Shown here: piece by piece, positions 13,400 to 26,049 of the stretch
How positions within the stretch are numbered: the stretch's first letter is position 1
Layout of the letters: the number at the start of each line of letters is the position of its first letter
Notes under the pieces: model-generated
Database searches by the model: none
Told to the model about the DNA's origin: nothing
The model's input: the letters and a program-made list of their open reading frames with translations, nothing else
Assembly (NCBI RefSeq): GCF_000143415.4
Contig: NW_003314348.1
Span: 376,227-440,226, forward strand
Reading direction: 5' to 3'
DNA: 64,000 bases
Source of the DNA: Selaginella moellendorffii
Lineage: Eukaryota; Plantae; Lycopodiophyta
Translations under genes and position numbers: made by a program

Positions 13400-13720
13400 A
13401 TTCTAACATATTTGGCTCTATACAAAGCAACAGGCTTTGGAAACAGATGCCAAATTGCATCATCAACTTAAATAATCCTTGATGAAGATGATGCAATTGT
13501 TAGAAGGCATCATCACAATCATTGGCATGTCCAAATGTATGTTTGAAGATGTCTGAGAGAATACTCCAATTCTTAAGAGTGGTTGCGTTCAAACCATTGT
13601 ACCATTGTAGCAACCCTTTGGTAGGGACTGAAGCAAGACCAAACAAGATCGAACAAACAAAAGTAAAATTTATCCCCCAAGTAGTTCTTAAGTACAAACC
13701 AAAGCCTTCACTAGTTTTCA
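13400..13720 (-). pseudogene. Retrotransposon gag fragment, antisense to the surrounding element
   Basis: LLQWYNGLNATTLKNWSILSDIFKHTFG...DDAF*QLHHLHQG matches the Retrotrans_gag pattern (W..L....I.W..L...F...F....L..L.QG). Confidence 0.6.
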
Positions 13721-16368
13721 AGAGAGTGAATAATTATAAAATGGTGGAGGATTAATTTTACAATATAGAGGATTACTTCTAAGCATTGTAGTTACTAAGG
13801 TTGGAAAATGTCTCATGTGCAAAACCATATTTAGTAGATAATGTTAAGTCTTGGTGGAAAATAGTAGAAGCTAACAAAGGACTAGTGGCTACTTTAGAAG
13901 TAACGAAGGTAAGGATTTACATAATTTATATTCCCCTAAATGCTACTTTACACCTAAAGGATGAGTTGAGTAGGCTAAAGCAAATAAGAACCATTCAAGA
14001 ATATATGGATGTATTTATGGCCAAGAGGATCTTTATCACAAATATGGGTGATATATATATGTTCCATCCTTTCATATTAGACTTGCAAACTTGGGTTCAG
14101 GGCGAGATGATGCATTGGAACCCAACAAATTACAAGGAAGCATTGAATGTAGCTATCAAGGTGCATTTCAATAATAATCTGCAAAAAAGGAACACAATCA
14201 CATTTAGCAAATGTGCCAAACTAATAGGGATATATGAAAAAGGGAAATTCAAGAAAAGTTTCTCTAAGAATGAATTTTTACGATTATGGAAAGGCAGATC
14301 TAGTGGCTAGAGAGCAAGTATATAGGGGAGTCAGGCAAAAAAGGACAAACCTACTGATAAGAAAAACCAAATCTGCTAATAATATGGGGAATAACATATA
14401 CTACAATTATGGTGAAACAAGATATTTCTTGAGAGAATGTCCCTATCCTAAGAAAGCTAGAGTCAATATAACCATTAAGTCAGGTGAACTCCAAATTAAG
14501 GTATGTGATTCAGTCCTAACTTTATTAAGATTTTTATTAACATATATGCTTCAGATAATTTTGTGTTTGTAGACATAGTTCAGTAAGCCAAACTAATAGT
14601 ATAGTGGTTGAAGAACCAAAGACTATAGAGTTTGTTCAGGGTAGCTAAAACATTGATGAGATACTTTGACAAACAAGAATTGAAGGATATAGAAAGTGGA
14701 TATAGATTTCATCATTTTTGACATAGCGGGATTTGATATGATCTTCGAGATGGATTGGTTTAATTGGTTTGTAATAACCTTGTATAGACAAGATAGGAAC
14801 TTGGTGGTATTGGCAAATGCGTAAGGAAAACAATATAGAGTGGAGGCTTAAGATCTAAAGGTAGGCAATATAAGGCTAAGAACTTCTTCTTGAATTTGGT
14901 GTTTATAAAAGGATAACTCACTAAAGGAACTAAGGTAACATTTTTGTGCTTACTCTCAATAAAGAGTGATAAAAAGACAGGGATAAAGGAATGCTTTCAA
15001 TGATTTAGTATGTGTTAAATCAATTTTGAGATACTATGTTAAAAGAATTACTGGCTAAATTACCTTTTACCTAGCCAATAGAACATAAGATTGAGTTGAT
15101 GAAAGGTGCTAATACAATGGTTCGTCCCTTTTATTGGTTGAACGAAGAGGAATTTGAGAAGCTCAAATGCCAACTTGAGGAGTTGGTTGATAAAGGGTAA
15201 GTTAGATTGAGCAAGTTACTATATGGGGTGCTAGTGTTATTTGTGAAAAAGAAAGATGGCTTTATATGCATATGCATAGATTATCAGTTTCTCAACAAAT
15301 ATATAAAGAAGAACAAACACCCTTTATTAAGGATTGAGAACTTTTTTGATAGGTTGAGAAAGGCAAAATACTTTTCAAGAACTAACCTAATGTCAAAATA
15401 TTACTAAATCAAAGTAACAGAGGAAGATGTCTCACATCTTTGCACCCTATCAAGATCACTTTATAATCATTTATATTGACGACATCCTTATCTATAGTGA
15501 GACACTAAAGCAGCATATTGAACATTTAATAAAGGTTTTTGAGAGACTAAGGGAACATCAGTTGTATGTTAAATAGAGTAAATATGACTTAACTCAACAA
15601 GAAGTAAAGTTTATTAAACATGTAATGGGTAAAGATGGACTCAAGGAGGACCCTAAGAAGGTCCAAGCAATTTAGAAGTGAGAACAACAATCAAATGTAC
15701 ACAAGTTAAGGGCATTCTTGAGGATGTGCAACTATTATTGAAATTTTATCAAACACTATTTGAAAGTAGCCTTACCTTTAACAGACTAAACAAAAAAAGG
15801 GAAAATGGTATGAACAGTGGAATGTGAAGTGGTATTTGTCCACTTCAAAGGGAAATTGAGGAAGATTCATGTGTTAGCATTACTAAATTTTGATAAAAAC
15901 TTTGAGGTAGAAACAAACACTTCAAACTTTATATTGGGCATTTGAAGCAAAATAGTCACTTAGTGATGTTCTTATCAAAAAAGTTGGTTAAGGCCCAATG
16001 AAGGTGGCTTGCCCATGAAAAAAATTGTTTGCAATGGTCATGGTAGTCAAAGAGTGGCAACACTACCTTGGGAAGCACTTCAAGGTATACACAGACAATG
16101 TGGCAACAAAACACTTCACTTTACAACCCAACCTTCGAAGAAAACAAGGTTGGTTGGAGGGAAGGGGGGGGGGGGGGGGGCCGCAAAAGGGGTTGCAAAG
16201 GGTTTCAAAAGTATTTTAGGGATAATGATATTAAAGGTTTAGTCTTGAAGGACCAATAGTGTTTCCAAACCAAGTTAAAGTTAAGTTTGAGGTTAATGGC
16301 CTTGGGGGGGAGTGAGTATATACTCAAGGGGGTGCTAAAAAGGCCTCCCAAGGAAGGGCTTTAAAGCA

Positions 16369-16468
16369 NNNNNNNNNNNNNNNNNNNNNNNNNNNNNNNN
16401 NNNNNNNNNNNNNNNNNNNNNNNNNNNNNNNNNNNNNNNNNNNNNNNNNNNNNNNNNNNNNNNNNNNN
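16369..16468. other. Assembly gap
   Basis: Run of 100 N. Confidence 1.
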
Positions 16469-18609
16469 GGGATTGTCAGATGGCTGGTGCAATGGTTGGT
16501 ATGACTAAGTGTTTGTTGGTCTTACCACATTCATTATGTTCTGTTAATTGTTGCTTAAGTTAGTTCTGATAGATTAGGATGTTATTTCTTTTGGGTAATA
16601 CATTTGCGAGCATTTTGCTTACCAGTCAATGATACTTAGTGTTCTTTGAGTTATCTTTTGTAAGTTGTTTAGCATACTATCTACAACCTTCAGTAGTTAA
16701 GTTTTATCATTATGTTTCCTTGATAATATACTAGCTATTGAATTTTATAGAATGGTGAATCCTATATTTACCAACTATAGTGATCTTGGTGGTTTCTCTA
16801 CTATATTACTGGTTTATCGGATGATAATTTACTTAGAATATTTTTGTGTTCTAATCTAAGATATGATCACTGATAATTAAGTCTTTAAGATATCATTGTC
16901 TCTGACTTTGATATAGTCCATATATTGATCTTTGAGTTTAGGCCAGTATAAGCAGACTGGCTTCGACATTTCATGTGCATGTTGAAATCTTTAGTCATGG
17001 GGTAGCTACTGTTGACTGGTCACATAACCTACTTCTTTGTCGATGTTCCTTATTTCGTTAAAAGGGCGTGACCGTGTAAACAACTCTACCTACCTATTTA
17101 CAATAGTCTATCTAAACCTTACTGACGGGTTTGGTTTCTTTGCTCAGGAGGGTTGGGGCCTCTGGCTTCTCTCTCTATACCACCTACGGGCAGGGGCGTA
17201 TCACACTTTTGTAGCTGGATGACACCCAGAGCAACAAGGGTGGCTGACTCCATTAGTCATTTCCTTGTCGACGATGGCCGGAAGGTGTCTGAGTTAGTAG
17301 CGCATCCGCGTTAGACAAAGAGGTTACCCCTAACTCATTTAAGTTGGTGCATTTCTCACATAGTGTGAATACCGTGAACTTTTTCTAGAGTTGTTTCCTT
17401 GGCGGTATTCTAGACTCGAGTATGCATCGACGAGGACGTCGATCTTCCCAAGGGGGGGAGAGTGTCATGAATGTGACTTCAGGTATCGAAAGATACTTGT
17501 CAACCAGTCCTTACGGGCACTCTTTTCTTACTGCCACGATGGCAGGAGGTCGGTATTGTTAGTCCCTTTTATGGTCTCCACCCAAGCTAGTTGAGAAATT
17601 GGTCATCGTGTGTGCACTTGACCAAATGAGCATAAGGACAGAATTCCTATATGCTATTTGTCAAGCATACTTGACCTGGTTAGAGAAACTCATTCGTTGA
17701 CTTGCACTTGCTAGTGTTGGGAACCCCCGCGATATTGAGACTAGTCCCTCAATATTCGCTAGATGATAGCTTATTGTGTCTGCCAAACACCCTCGCTATC
17801 ATACCCTTTGTGTTGGTCTCATTTCGGTCCCAAGTGCTATTTATGGAAAGTGTCTAGATTAGCTCATTTGGCATATCTATAGAATGTGGAGATCAGCCTG
17901 AACACAATAGTGTTCGTCCCGTGTCCAAATTCGCAATCTAAGGCCATTCCATATTTAGTAAGTTTTAGACTTGTCCCAGAGACTAACTCCTGGTATTAAG
18001 GGAGGCTTGGGGTGAAAGCCCAAAGCGTGTGTCCCTCAAGGGGAGGTGGGGGGGTGGTTGTGGGGGTTTCCAAATGTATAGTAAGGATAGTGGGTAGGTC
18101 GAGCATGGCCGACCAACTTGAGGCATAGTCTAGCTCCCGCTTGCGTGCCTGTCCTTGTTCTACGTCCGGCTTGGGTGTAAGCCCAAATTCCCTTCCATGC
18201 TAGCTGGTGGAGTACCCATATCCTCACGTTAAGCCACCGGTATGCTGAAATAGTGCCAAGCTCCATTTGGCTCTGTTTTGCATGCTAGTCTTGGCATTAG
18301 GATGCTGGTTGCTCAAGGACTGTTCTAAGTCACTCTAGGCTCCTGTCCCTTCACTTTTTGGGCTGTATGCTCGGGAGTTGCTCCATGGTTCGGTTCCGTC
18401 ACTCCCTGGCTCCATGCTTGGGAGTTTGGCACCGTTCCTTTGTTTAGTGGCCCAAGGCCTTAAAACTCGGGTTCCACACCACTGTCCTTTGGACACGTGG
18501 CATGTGACACGTGGCATCTGTCACATGGCACAAAGAGGGTTTAGGTTCCGCTTCGTGGTGTTATCCTATGGTAAATCTAGGATAAAGGGTAAAAACCACG
18601 TGTGCTACA
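16469..18609 (+). mobile_element. Second family A element: 3' internal region, PPT and 3' LTR (17463-18609)
   Basis: Reverse-complement homolog of 549-~2650. [19 protein letters not shown] ends at 17462; LTR TGTCATGAATG...GTGTGCTACA. Confidence 0.92.
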
Positions 18610-21600
18610 GGTGGCATGGATGAGTGTCTCGCTTGGCTAGCCAATGTGAAGAAGTTCTTGGATGCTAGGGGAACTCCAGATGCAAAGGCTTTAGTAGCTA
18701 TTCCAATGGTTTTGCATGATGCGGGTCTTCGATGGTGGAATTGGCTTGAGGAGTCTCATGTTGCAGATAAAAAACCACCAATGTTTACCATGGATGAGTT
18801 TGAGGTTGCTTTTCATTTATGTTTTGCCCCTTATTACGACGTGGAGAATGCTTGTATAGAATTTCAACATTTCCAGCAAGGGAAAATGATGCTCGGGGAC
18901 TATATTGAGAAGCTTACTCACTTGATTAATCATGTTCCAACGAAGGATCCAGATCAAAACAAGTCCTACTTCATTGATGGCCTACATAGTGAGAGCATGC
19001 AGCAACACTTGCGTCATTCTCAGCCTACAAAGAGTTTGGAAGAGCTCTTTGATGCGGCTCGTCGACTTGACAATGACAAGCACAAGTCTCGCAAGCGTTC
19101 ACAGAGTCCTTCTATCGAGAATCGTCGTGATGATTTCTGTGGACACAAGGATGGGAACAAGCATCACAAGTTGAAGTCAGCGGTGACTACTTCGAATGCA
19201 AAGGGGTCCAAGAAGCAGAAGTTCTTTGTGAAGAATTATAGACAGGGTTGTCATCATTGCGGTGAACGTGAACACTACAAGGCTGATTGTCCGCAATTAA
19301 AGAACAAGCAGCAGGATAAGAAGAATGGCCAATATTCTTCTCACAGTAAGTCAGATACTAAAAAGTTGCACACTTTATAGCGTGAGGATGACGAGAACGA
19401 CTATTCCGGTCGGAGGAAGAGACTTTCAATTGTTATTCATCAACTCAACTGTGTGTGGAACAAGATGGAGCTCAAGGATACATGTGCATTAGCTTTAATG
19501 CTAGAGGGCATGTTCCATGGCGATCCAATGCAGATTTTACTGGATAGTAGGGGCGATGACAACTTTGTTTCGGCAAAGTTTGTTGCGGAGCATGGCCTGG
19601 TCACATGCGGAGTTCTTCCATACACAGTGGAAGGTGTAGCTACCTCTGCTCAGCATTTCGATGCTTGTGTCAAGGGGCTGGAAGTGTTGGTTGGCAAAAC
19701 CACACTTGTGGAGACTTTTTATCTTGCAGATATCCATCGTGTGGATTTCATTCTTGGGATGCCATGGTTGGTGAAGGTGGATCCAGAGATAAAGTGGAGT
19801 ATTAATTGTATCTCGCTAAAGTATGGTGGTGTTCAAGATGTGTGGTTTGGCAAGGGCGTTCAACCACAAGTTGTTATGCTCTCTACTACATCTTTGAAGT
19901 TGTCATAATGGAAAAGCACTTTCGAGTTACTTGCTGTTTGTTCGTGACTTAGGGGACCAAGGCACGTGTGGGGGAGAAGTAGCAGTACAGGAAGTACTTG
20001 ATGAGTTTTCTGATGTTTTCCCATCTGAACTTCCCATGGGTTGCCTCCGTTACGAGGTGTGGAACATGGGATTACATTGGAGCTGGGGATACGGCCAATT
20101 TACTGGCATCCATTTTAGTTAAGTTATGCGGAGGAGCAAGAAGTTCAATGACAAGTCAAGGAGTTACTTGAGTTTGGATTTATTTAGCCAAGTAAGTCTC
20201 CATTTGGTGCTCCAGTCCTGCTTGTGAAGAAGAAGGATGGTTCAATGTAAATGTGTATTGACTATTACGCTTTGAACAAAAAGACAGTGAAGGATAAGAT
20301 GCCGATGCCACGTGTGGATGATATCCTAGACAAGCTTGGTGAAGCACGAGTGTTTACCAAGATTGATCTAAGGAGTGGATATCATTAGATTGCAATGAAT
20401 GATGCATCTATCTCCAAGATGGCATTCAACACAAGCTTCGGACATTTTGAGTTTACAGTTATGCCGTTTGGTTTGACGAATGCACCAGCCACATTTACTC
20501 GGTTGATGACGGAGGTATTTGGGCATTATCTTCATAAGTTTGTGAAGATTTTCTTGGACGATATTCTTGTTTTTAGCAAGAATATGGAGGAGCATAAGGT
20601 GCATTTGCACAAAGTTCTTTTGTTACTCCAAGATAACAAACTTTATGCGAAGAAGAGCAAATGTGAATTTGCAAAGTCGAAAGTGGAATATTTAGGCCAT
20701 ATTGTGACATCTAAGGGTGTCAAGACAGATCCACAGAAGGTGGTTGTGATGGAAAATTGGCCTACACCAACTACAATGGCCGAGTTATGCAATTTTCTTG
20801 GTATGGCTAGTTACTACCAACGTTTCCAACATAAGTTTGCAGAGGTGGTTATTCCTTTGACGCAGTTGTTACGGAAGAATGTGCCATTCGAGTAGAAGAA
20901 GCCACAAAAAGAGAGTTTTGTGGCGCTAAAGCGATTGTTGAGCGAGACTCCAACCAATCGCATTGCTAATTCATTGAAACCTTACGAGGTGACATGCGAT
21001 GTGAGTGGTTATGCATTGGGAGGAGTTCTCATGCAAGAGGGACAGCCTATTGCATATGAGAGTCGAACTTTGAATTCTGCGAAGTAACGCTATTCCACAT
21101 ATGAGCAAGAGTTATTCTCTATTGTTCATGCTTTGCGGACATGGCGGCACTATCTTTATGGTGTAGTGTTCATGGTGTTGATAGATCACAAACCACTTGT
21201 GTATCTTTTCACACAGAAGGAGTTGAACACTAGGCAAACTTGTTGGATGGTCAAACTCATGGAGTTTGGGGAGTTTCCTATTGAGCATCGTCCAGGAAAA
21301 TCAAATGTGGTGGCAAATGCTTTATCTCGTATTCATTATATGACAACATTACAAACACGATTTTGTCATCATTTGAGTAAGGTGATCAGTGAGTTTGGGC
21401 AGTTGGTTGGGCATGCTCAAGCTTAGGATGTTGAGATGGCCTCTTTGCGAGACCAGATGGAAGCCCCTTTCTCATTGGTGGATGAGATTCTTTACTACAA
21501 TGGCCGTGTATATTTGCCAAGGGTGGATGCGTTACTTACTCACGTTTTATTCCACTATCATGATCGTCTAGAAGCCGGTCATTTTGGGGGGAAGAAGACG

Positions 21601-22761
21601 TATGAGTTGATTAAACGCAATTTTTATTGGAGGAATATAAAAGCTGATATCCTCAAGTATTATAACTCATGCGAGTTTTGTCAGCAGGTTAAGGTGCCAC
21701 GGGAGAAGATGGGGGGACTTTTGCAACCTTTATCTATTCCTCAGAGCCATTGGTGTAGTATCTCTATGGACTTCATCACTTGTCACCATGAACATAGAGG
21801 CAAAAGGAGCAAGTATGGGTTATAGTGGATCAGTTGACGAAGTATGTGCAGTTGTTGGCTCTTCGGAAGACTATCATTGCCTTAGACTTGGCTACGGTTT
21901 ACTTGGAGAAGGTTTTTCCGGATTTTGGTTTGCCGGAGGACATCATTAGTGATCGAGATTCAAAGTTCACTAGTGGATTTTGGAAAAGCTTTGCAAAGGC
22001 TATGCAAGTGACTTTGAAACTCTCAAGTGGAAATCATCCTCAGACGGATGGGTAAACCGAGCATGTGAATCAGGTGGTGGAAGATATACTACGTTGTAGC
22101 ATTGGTCAAAGGCAAGGATAGTGGGATTTATATCTTCCGTTGGTGCAATTTTCTTACAACAATAACCAACATAGTGGAACCAAGCTAAGTCCTTACTTTG
22201 CCATGTTTGGAAGGCATCCTCGAATAGCAGTGGAGTTGGGATTGCATTTGAGTAAGGACCTTTAAGATAAGCTTGATTCCGAAACTACTGATCTAGCCAC
22301 AGAATTGGATGATGATTCTGGTGGTGTGCAAACAGAATTTGCAAGCAGCTCAGGATAGAGCGGAGAAGTTTGCCAATGAGCATCGCCAATTCCGGGAATA
22401 TAAGATGGGTGATCTCATTTTTGTGCAAGTGATATTTCCATCAAGTAAGCGGGGGAACACTTTGGTACCTTTACGGATAGGGAAGAATGATAAATTTCTC
22501 ATCAATATGCTGGTCCATATGAAGTGCTAGAGCGCATTGGTAAAGCGGCTTATCCGGTGTGGCTGCCAGCTGGGGTGAAAATTCATTCGGTATTTTATGT
22601 CAGCCAGTTGAAAGGTGTACTATCTCGGAGTGACGGGCCCAATGCCTCTTTGATGTATACGGTTGTGGAAGATGGACCAAGAGCTTAAGCAAGGTTCCCC
22701 AGAAAGGGTGATCACTGGTACAAGTCATTGGGACAAAGACTTTGTTGGGGGGGGGAAGAAT
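18610..22761 (+). mobile_element. Ty3/gypsy gag-pol, pseudogenised (gag-CCHC, protease, RT, RNase H, integrase, GPY module)
   Basis: CHHCGEREHYKADCP knuckle; LLDSRG protease; MPFGLTNAPATF and FLDDILVFS in RT; H..H..C..C and SDRDSKFTS/HPQTDG in integrase. Several in-frame stops. [18 protein letters not shown] at 22747-22761. Confidence 0.95.
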
Positions 22762-22971
22762 TGTTAGGTGCCAGCTTTGACCACGTGGTCAACATTGGAG
22801 GCTCAAGAGTATATAAGGTATATTAGGGTAAGGGACAAAACCTACCCTAATGCTTACAATGGAGCGGTGGCACAATGGAGCTTTTGAGGTAGCTCGGGGG
22901 TGGCTGGGTGGTGAGGAACTTCAAGAGGTGAGTCTAGGGGGATTAGATTTCTGTCTTTTTGCGCCGGATCA
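22762..22971 (+). repeat. Probable 3' LTR of the gypsy element (right boundary uncertain)
   Basis: Starts TGTTAGG directly after the PPT; candidate end GGATCA before a switch to AT-rich DNA. Confidence 0.5.
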
Positions 22972-24367
22972 TATTAATTACCTTCACTTATTATAAACAC
23001 AATAATTTTCTTCTTATGCTTTTTTATGTTATACATCAATAGATTACCTTATATGCTAGTTTTCTACTTCCTAGACACCTCATTTTAGCAGTGGTTGTTT
23101 AGCCATTAGAGGGTTATTCAATATTCATATCTTGAGTATTTATATTGGTGAAGGTGAGGGGCATTGCAATTAAAGGACAAGCTTTTTGGTAGTGTTTTAC
23201 TCTAGTGTTCAAGATTGTGTTTTTGATTTTTAATTCCTTCATTCTTCTTTAGATATAGATAAAAAATTCTATAAATAAACTTCCAATTATATTTAATCAA
23301 GCTCCAAAACTTATATTAATATAACCAGAAAGTATATTCAAGAATCTCCTATTACTTTTTCTTTAACCAGAAAATGTAAGTACTTCTTTGACTTTGGAAC
23401 TTTATTTTTAGAAGGAGCTTATACATCTACTTTTCTTATTAAAATTTCTACTTTTCCATCATACCAATAACTAATGTAATAGTGAGTGTGTTGATATATT
23501 AAATTTTAGCCTGATACTTAAGATCTAAGGAAGTTTTTTGTTTTAAAAGTGCTCACTAATTTGGTTGATATCTTTGAGAAATTTTCTATATGAAATTGTT
23601 TTACTAGAAAAATATGCATATAACCTATAGTGATCTCATCAGCTCTAGAAAGAAGGATCTAGCTGCTCCTGTTGCTCTTGTCGCTATGCATTTGCTCTGG
23701 AAACCCTTGTCTATACTAGTTTGAAATTATAAAAAAACAAAAAATCTTTTAGAGTCTTCAAAAAGAAACTCAAGACTAATGACAAAATCCCTGTAGAAAA
23801 ACAAAAAGCATAATGGCAAAAACAAAAAGATAAACCTTTTCACTTTGAAGATCTTGATGTTATGGCACCTTAAGAAGACACCCTACCATTCTAGAGGAAA
23901 GTATCTCAAAGCCAAGGCAGGGATAATTGATAATTTAGAGAGAAACATAAAATGGTCCAATCCCTAACTGGCTTGTAACTGGATAGATTTGGTGTTCGTG
24001 TAAAAGAAAGATAAGGAAAGAAATGATGTTGTGATTATGTGTCACAACACTTCTAGGAACTAAAACTTGAGAAGGGACAATTTCCTCATACGACCAAGAA
24101 ATTTTTCTAATAAAATGTCTTCAGGAATACAATGCTTCTAGCTAGTGCAGATTTTCTTTTTCCTCTCCTTGGATGTTCAACCTGCTGTCCACCACACGTA
24201 TAAATCTGTGAGAACGGAAACTCGTAAAGGGTTTTAAATGGTCGTTGAATATGGTGGATGGATCTTAACTAAACCAGAACTTTAGTTAGGTTAATTTTCT
24301 TCTTCCTGGATTAGGTTTTAATTCTTTCTTGAGGATTCCGCTCTTCCTCTCGATCGAACGAATCGCG

Positions 24368-25810
24368 ATGCATGCGCTGCTCGGCCGCATTCTCAGCGCC
24401 CCGCCGGAGCAGCTCCTCTTCCTGGCCTTCTCATTGCTGGGGACGTACTGCGCGATCAGAGCCGGGATCCAATTCGCCACCGCGATCTGGATCGTCTTGC
24501 TCCGGCCGGGCAAGAATCTCCACCGCTACGGGAGCTGGGCGGTGGTGACGGGCGCGAGCGATGGAATCGGCAGGGCGTTTTGCTTTCAGCTCGCGGCGCG
24601 CGGCATCAACGTGGTGGCAGTGGGGCGCACGGAATCCAAGCTGGAGGAGCTCGTGAGGGACATCCAGCGGATCTACAGTGGCGTGCTTGTGAAATTCGTG
24701 GTGCTGGACTTCGCGAGCGAGAAATTGGAGGCGGGATTGAAGAGCATTGGCGAGGTTGTGGAGGGATTGGAAGTGGGGATTCTCGTCAACAACGTCGGGG
24801 TGAGCTATCCCTACGCCAGGTACTTCCACGAGGTGGACGGGGATCTACTGGAGAGATTGGTGCGCGTCAATGTGGTGGCTACCACTCGGATGAGCCAGCT
24901 CCTTGTTCCTCAGATGCTCAAGCGGAGAAAGGGAGCCATTGTCAACATTGGCTCTGGATCTGGAACGATTCTTCCATCGGATCCACTCTACGCCATCTAT
25001 GCCGCGACTAAAGGGTGAGTGGGGGCTTTCTCTTTTCTCCCTTCTTCTTCTAGCTTCCTTTCGTGTTCTTCCAACATTGAAGTTTCCTTCTTCGTGTTCT
25101 CTCTCACTCATACATGATTGAGGCTGGCGAATTTTCCTTCATTGCCTGAAAGATTGTATCGCTTTCTTCCTCGTTACTGTTTTCTTGCTCTCGTGTTGCC
25201 ACGCACATTTTTCTTTTCCGCCACACATCTCTGTGCATTTGTCTGAAAGATCCCATTGTTTATTGGCGATTTCACTTTTCCTTTTTATCAATGTTGGCTG
25301 TCTAAAGTTTGATATTCTTTCATTCTCGGTTCTGAGGGGCCAGTGGGAATAATTTTCATGCTCCACCACCTCCACCGCATTGATTAACAGTGCACAGTTT
25401 TGTATCCTCTTCTCGCTTCCCAGGTACATAGAAATCCTGTCTCGATCCATGTACAACGAGTACAGGCACTGTGGGATCGACGTCCAGTGTCAGGTACGAG
25501 GAAAAAAAAAGAAGAAAAAGATTCCAGGCTTGAGTTTCCTTTGCATTTCCAGGTTCCTCTCTACGTGAAGACGAAGATGGCCAAGATAAGAAACACTTCC
25601 CTCACTGTCCCGTCCCCAGAGGCCTACGCAAAGTCGGCACTGAGAAGCATTGGCTACGAGGCGGTGGCCACGCCTTACTGGGCACACCATTTGCTATGGT
25701 GGCTCATCAGCCTCGTCCCCGAGAGGATCGTCTCCGCCATTCGCCTCAGCAGCAATCTCGATCTGCGACGAAGGGGCCAAGCCAAGGACGCCAAAGCCAA
25801 AGCGAATTGA
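24368..25810 (+). CDS. KCR1: Very-long-chain 3-ketoacyl-CoA reductase (SDR); exons 24368-25014, 25424-25493, 25553-25810
   Basis: YGSWAVVTGASDGIG NAD-binding motif, LVNNVG, catalytic YAATK, GIDVQCQVPLYV; GT-AG introns. Confidence 0.93.
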
Positions 25811-26049
25811 TTTCCACAAAGTGACACAGCTTTAAACGTATTCTATCCACGGGTTTGATTGACTTTTGGAGCCCGTGACAAGTGAAAAATAAAAAGTTGG
25901 TGCCATGGGATGCTGTGATTACATTTAATAACGGCAAATTGGCACGGTATTTTATTTTTTACCAAATCTATAATATTATTAAGAATTTTAAGAACATAAT
26001 AATATTATTAAAGAATGTAGTGTAAGACTAGCAAAGATCAGTAGTTTTC

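Larger units (their letters stand above)
11793..16368 (+). mobile_element. Decayed Ty3/gypsy retrotransposon (LTR related to family B, gag-pol, partial 3' LTR; integrase deleted)
   Basis: Starts TGTAAGG with degenerate GAGTCC/GAGATC hexamers and the GGGTGAAAGCCCAAA motif. Gag-like ORFs 13801-14572 (YYNYGETRYFLRECP, degenerate zinc knuckle). RT VLFVKKKDG..CIDY (15207-15407) and YIDDILIYS (~15472). RNase H WQHYL..FKVYTD (16025-16150). 16160-16368 repeats 12075-12280. Confidence 0.8.
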
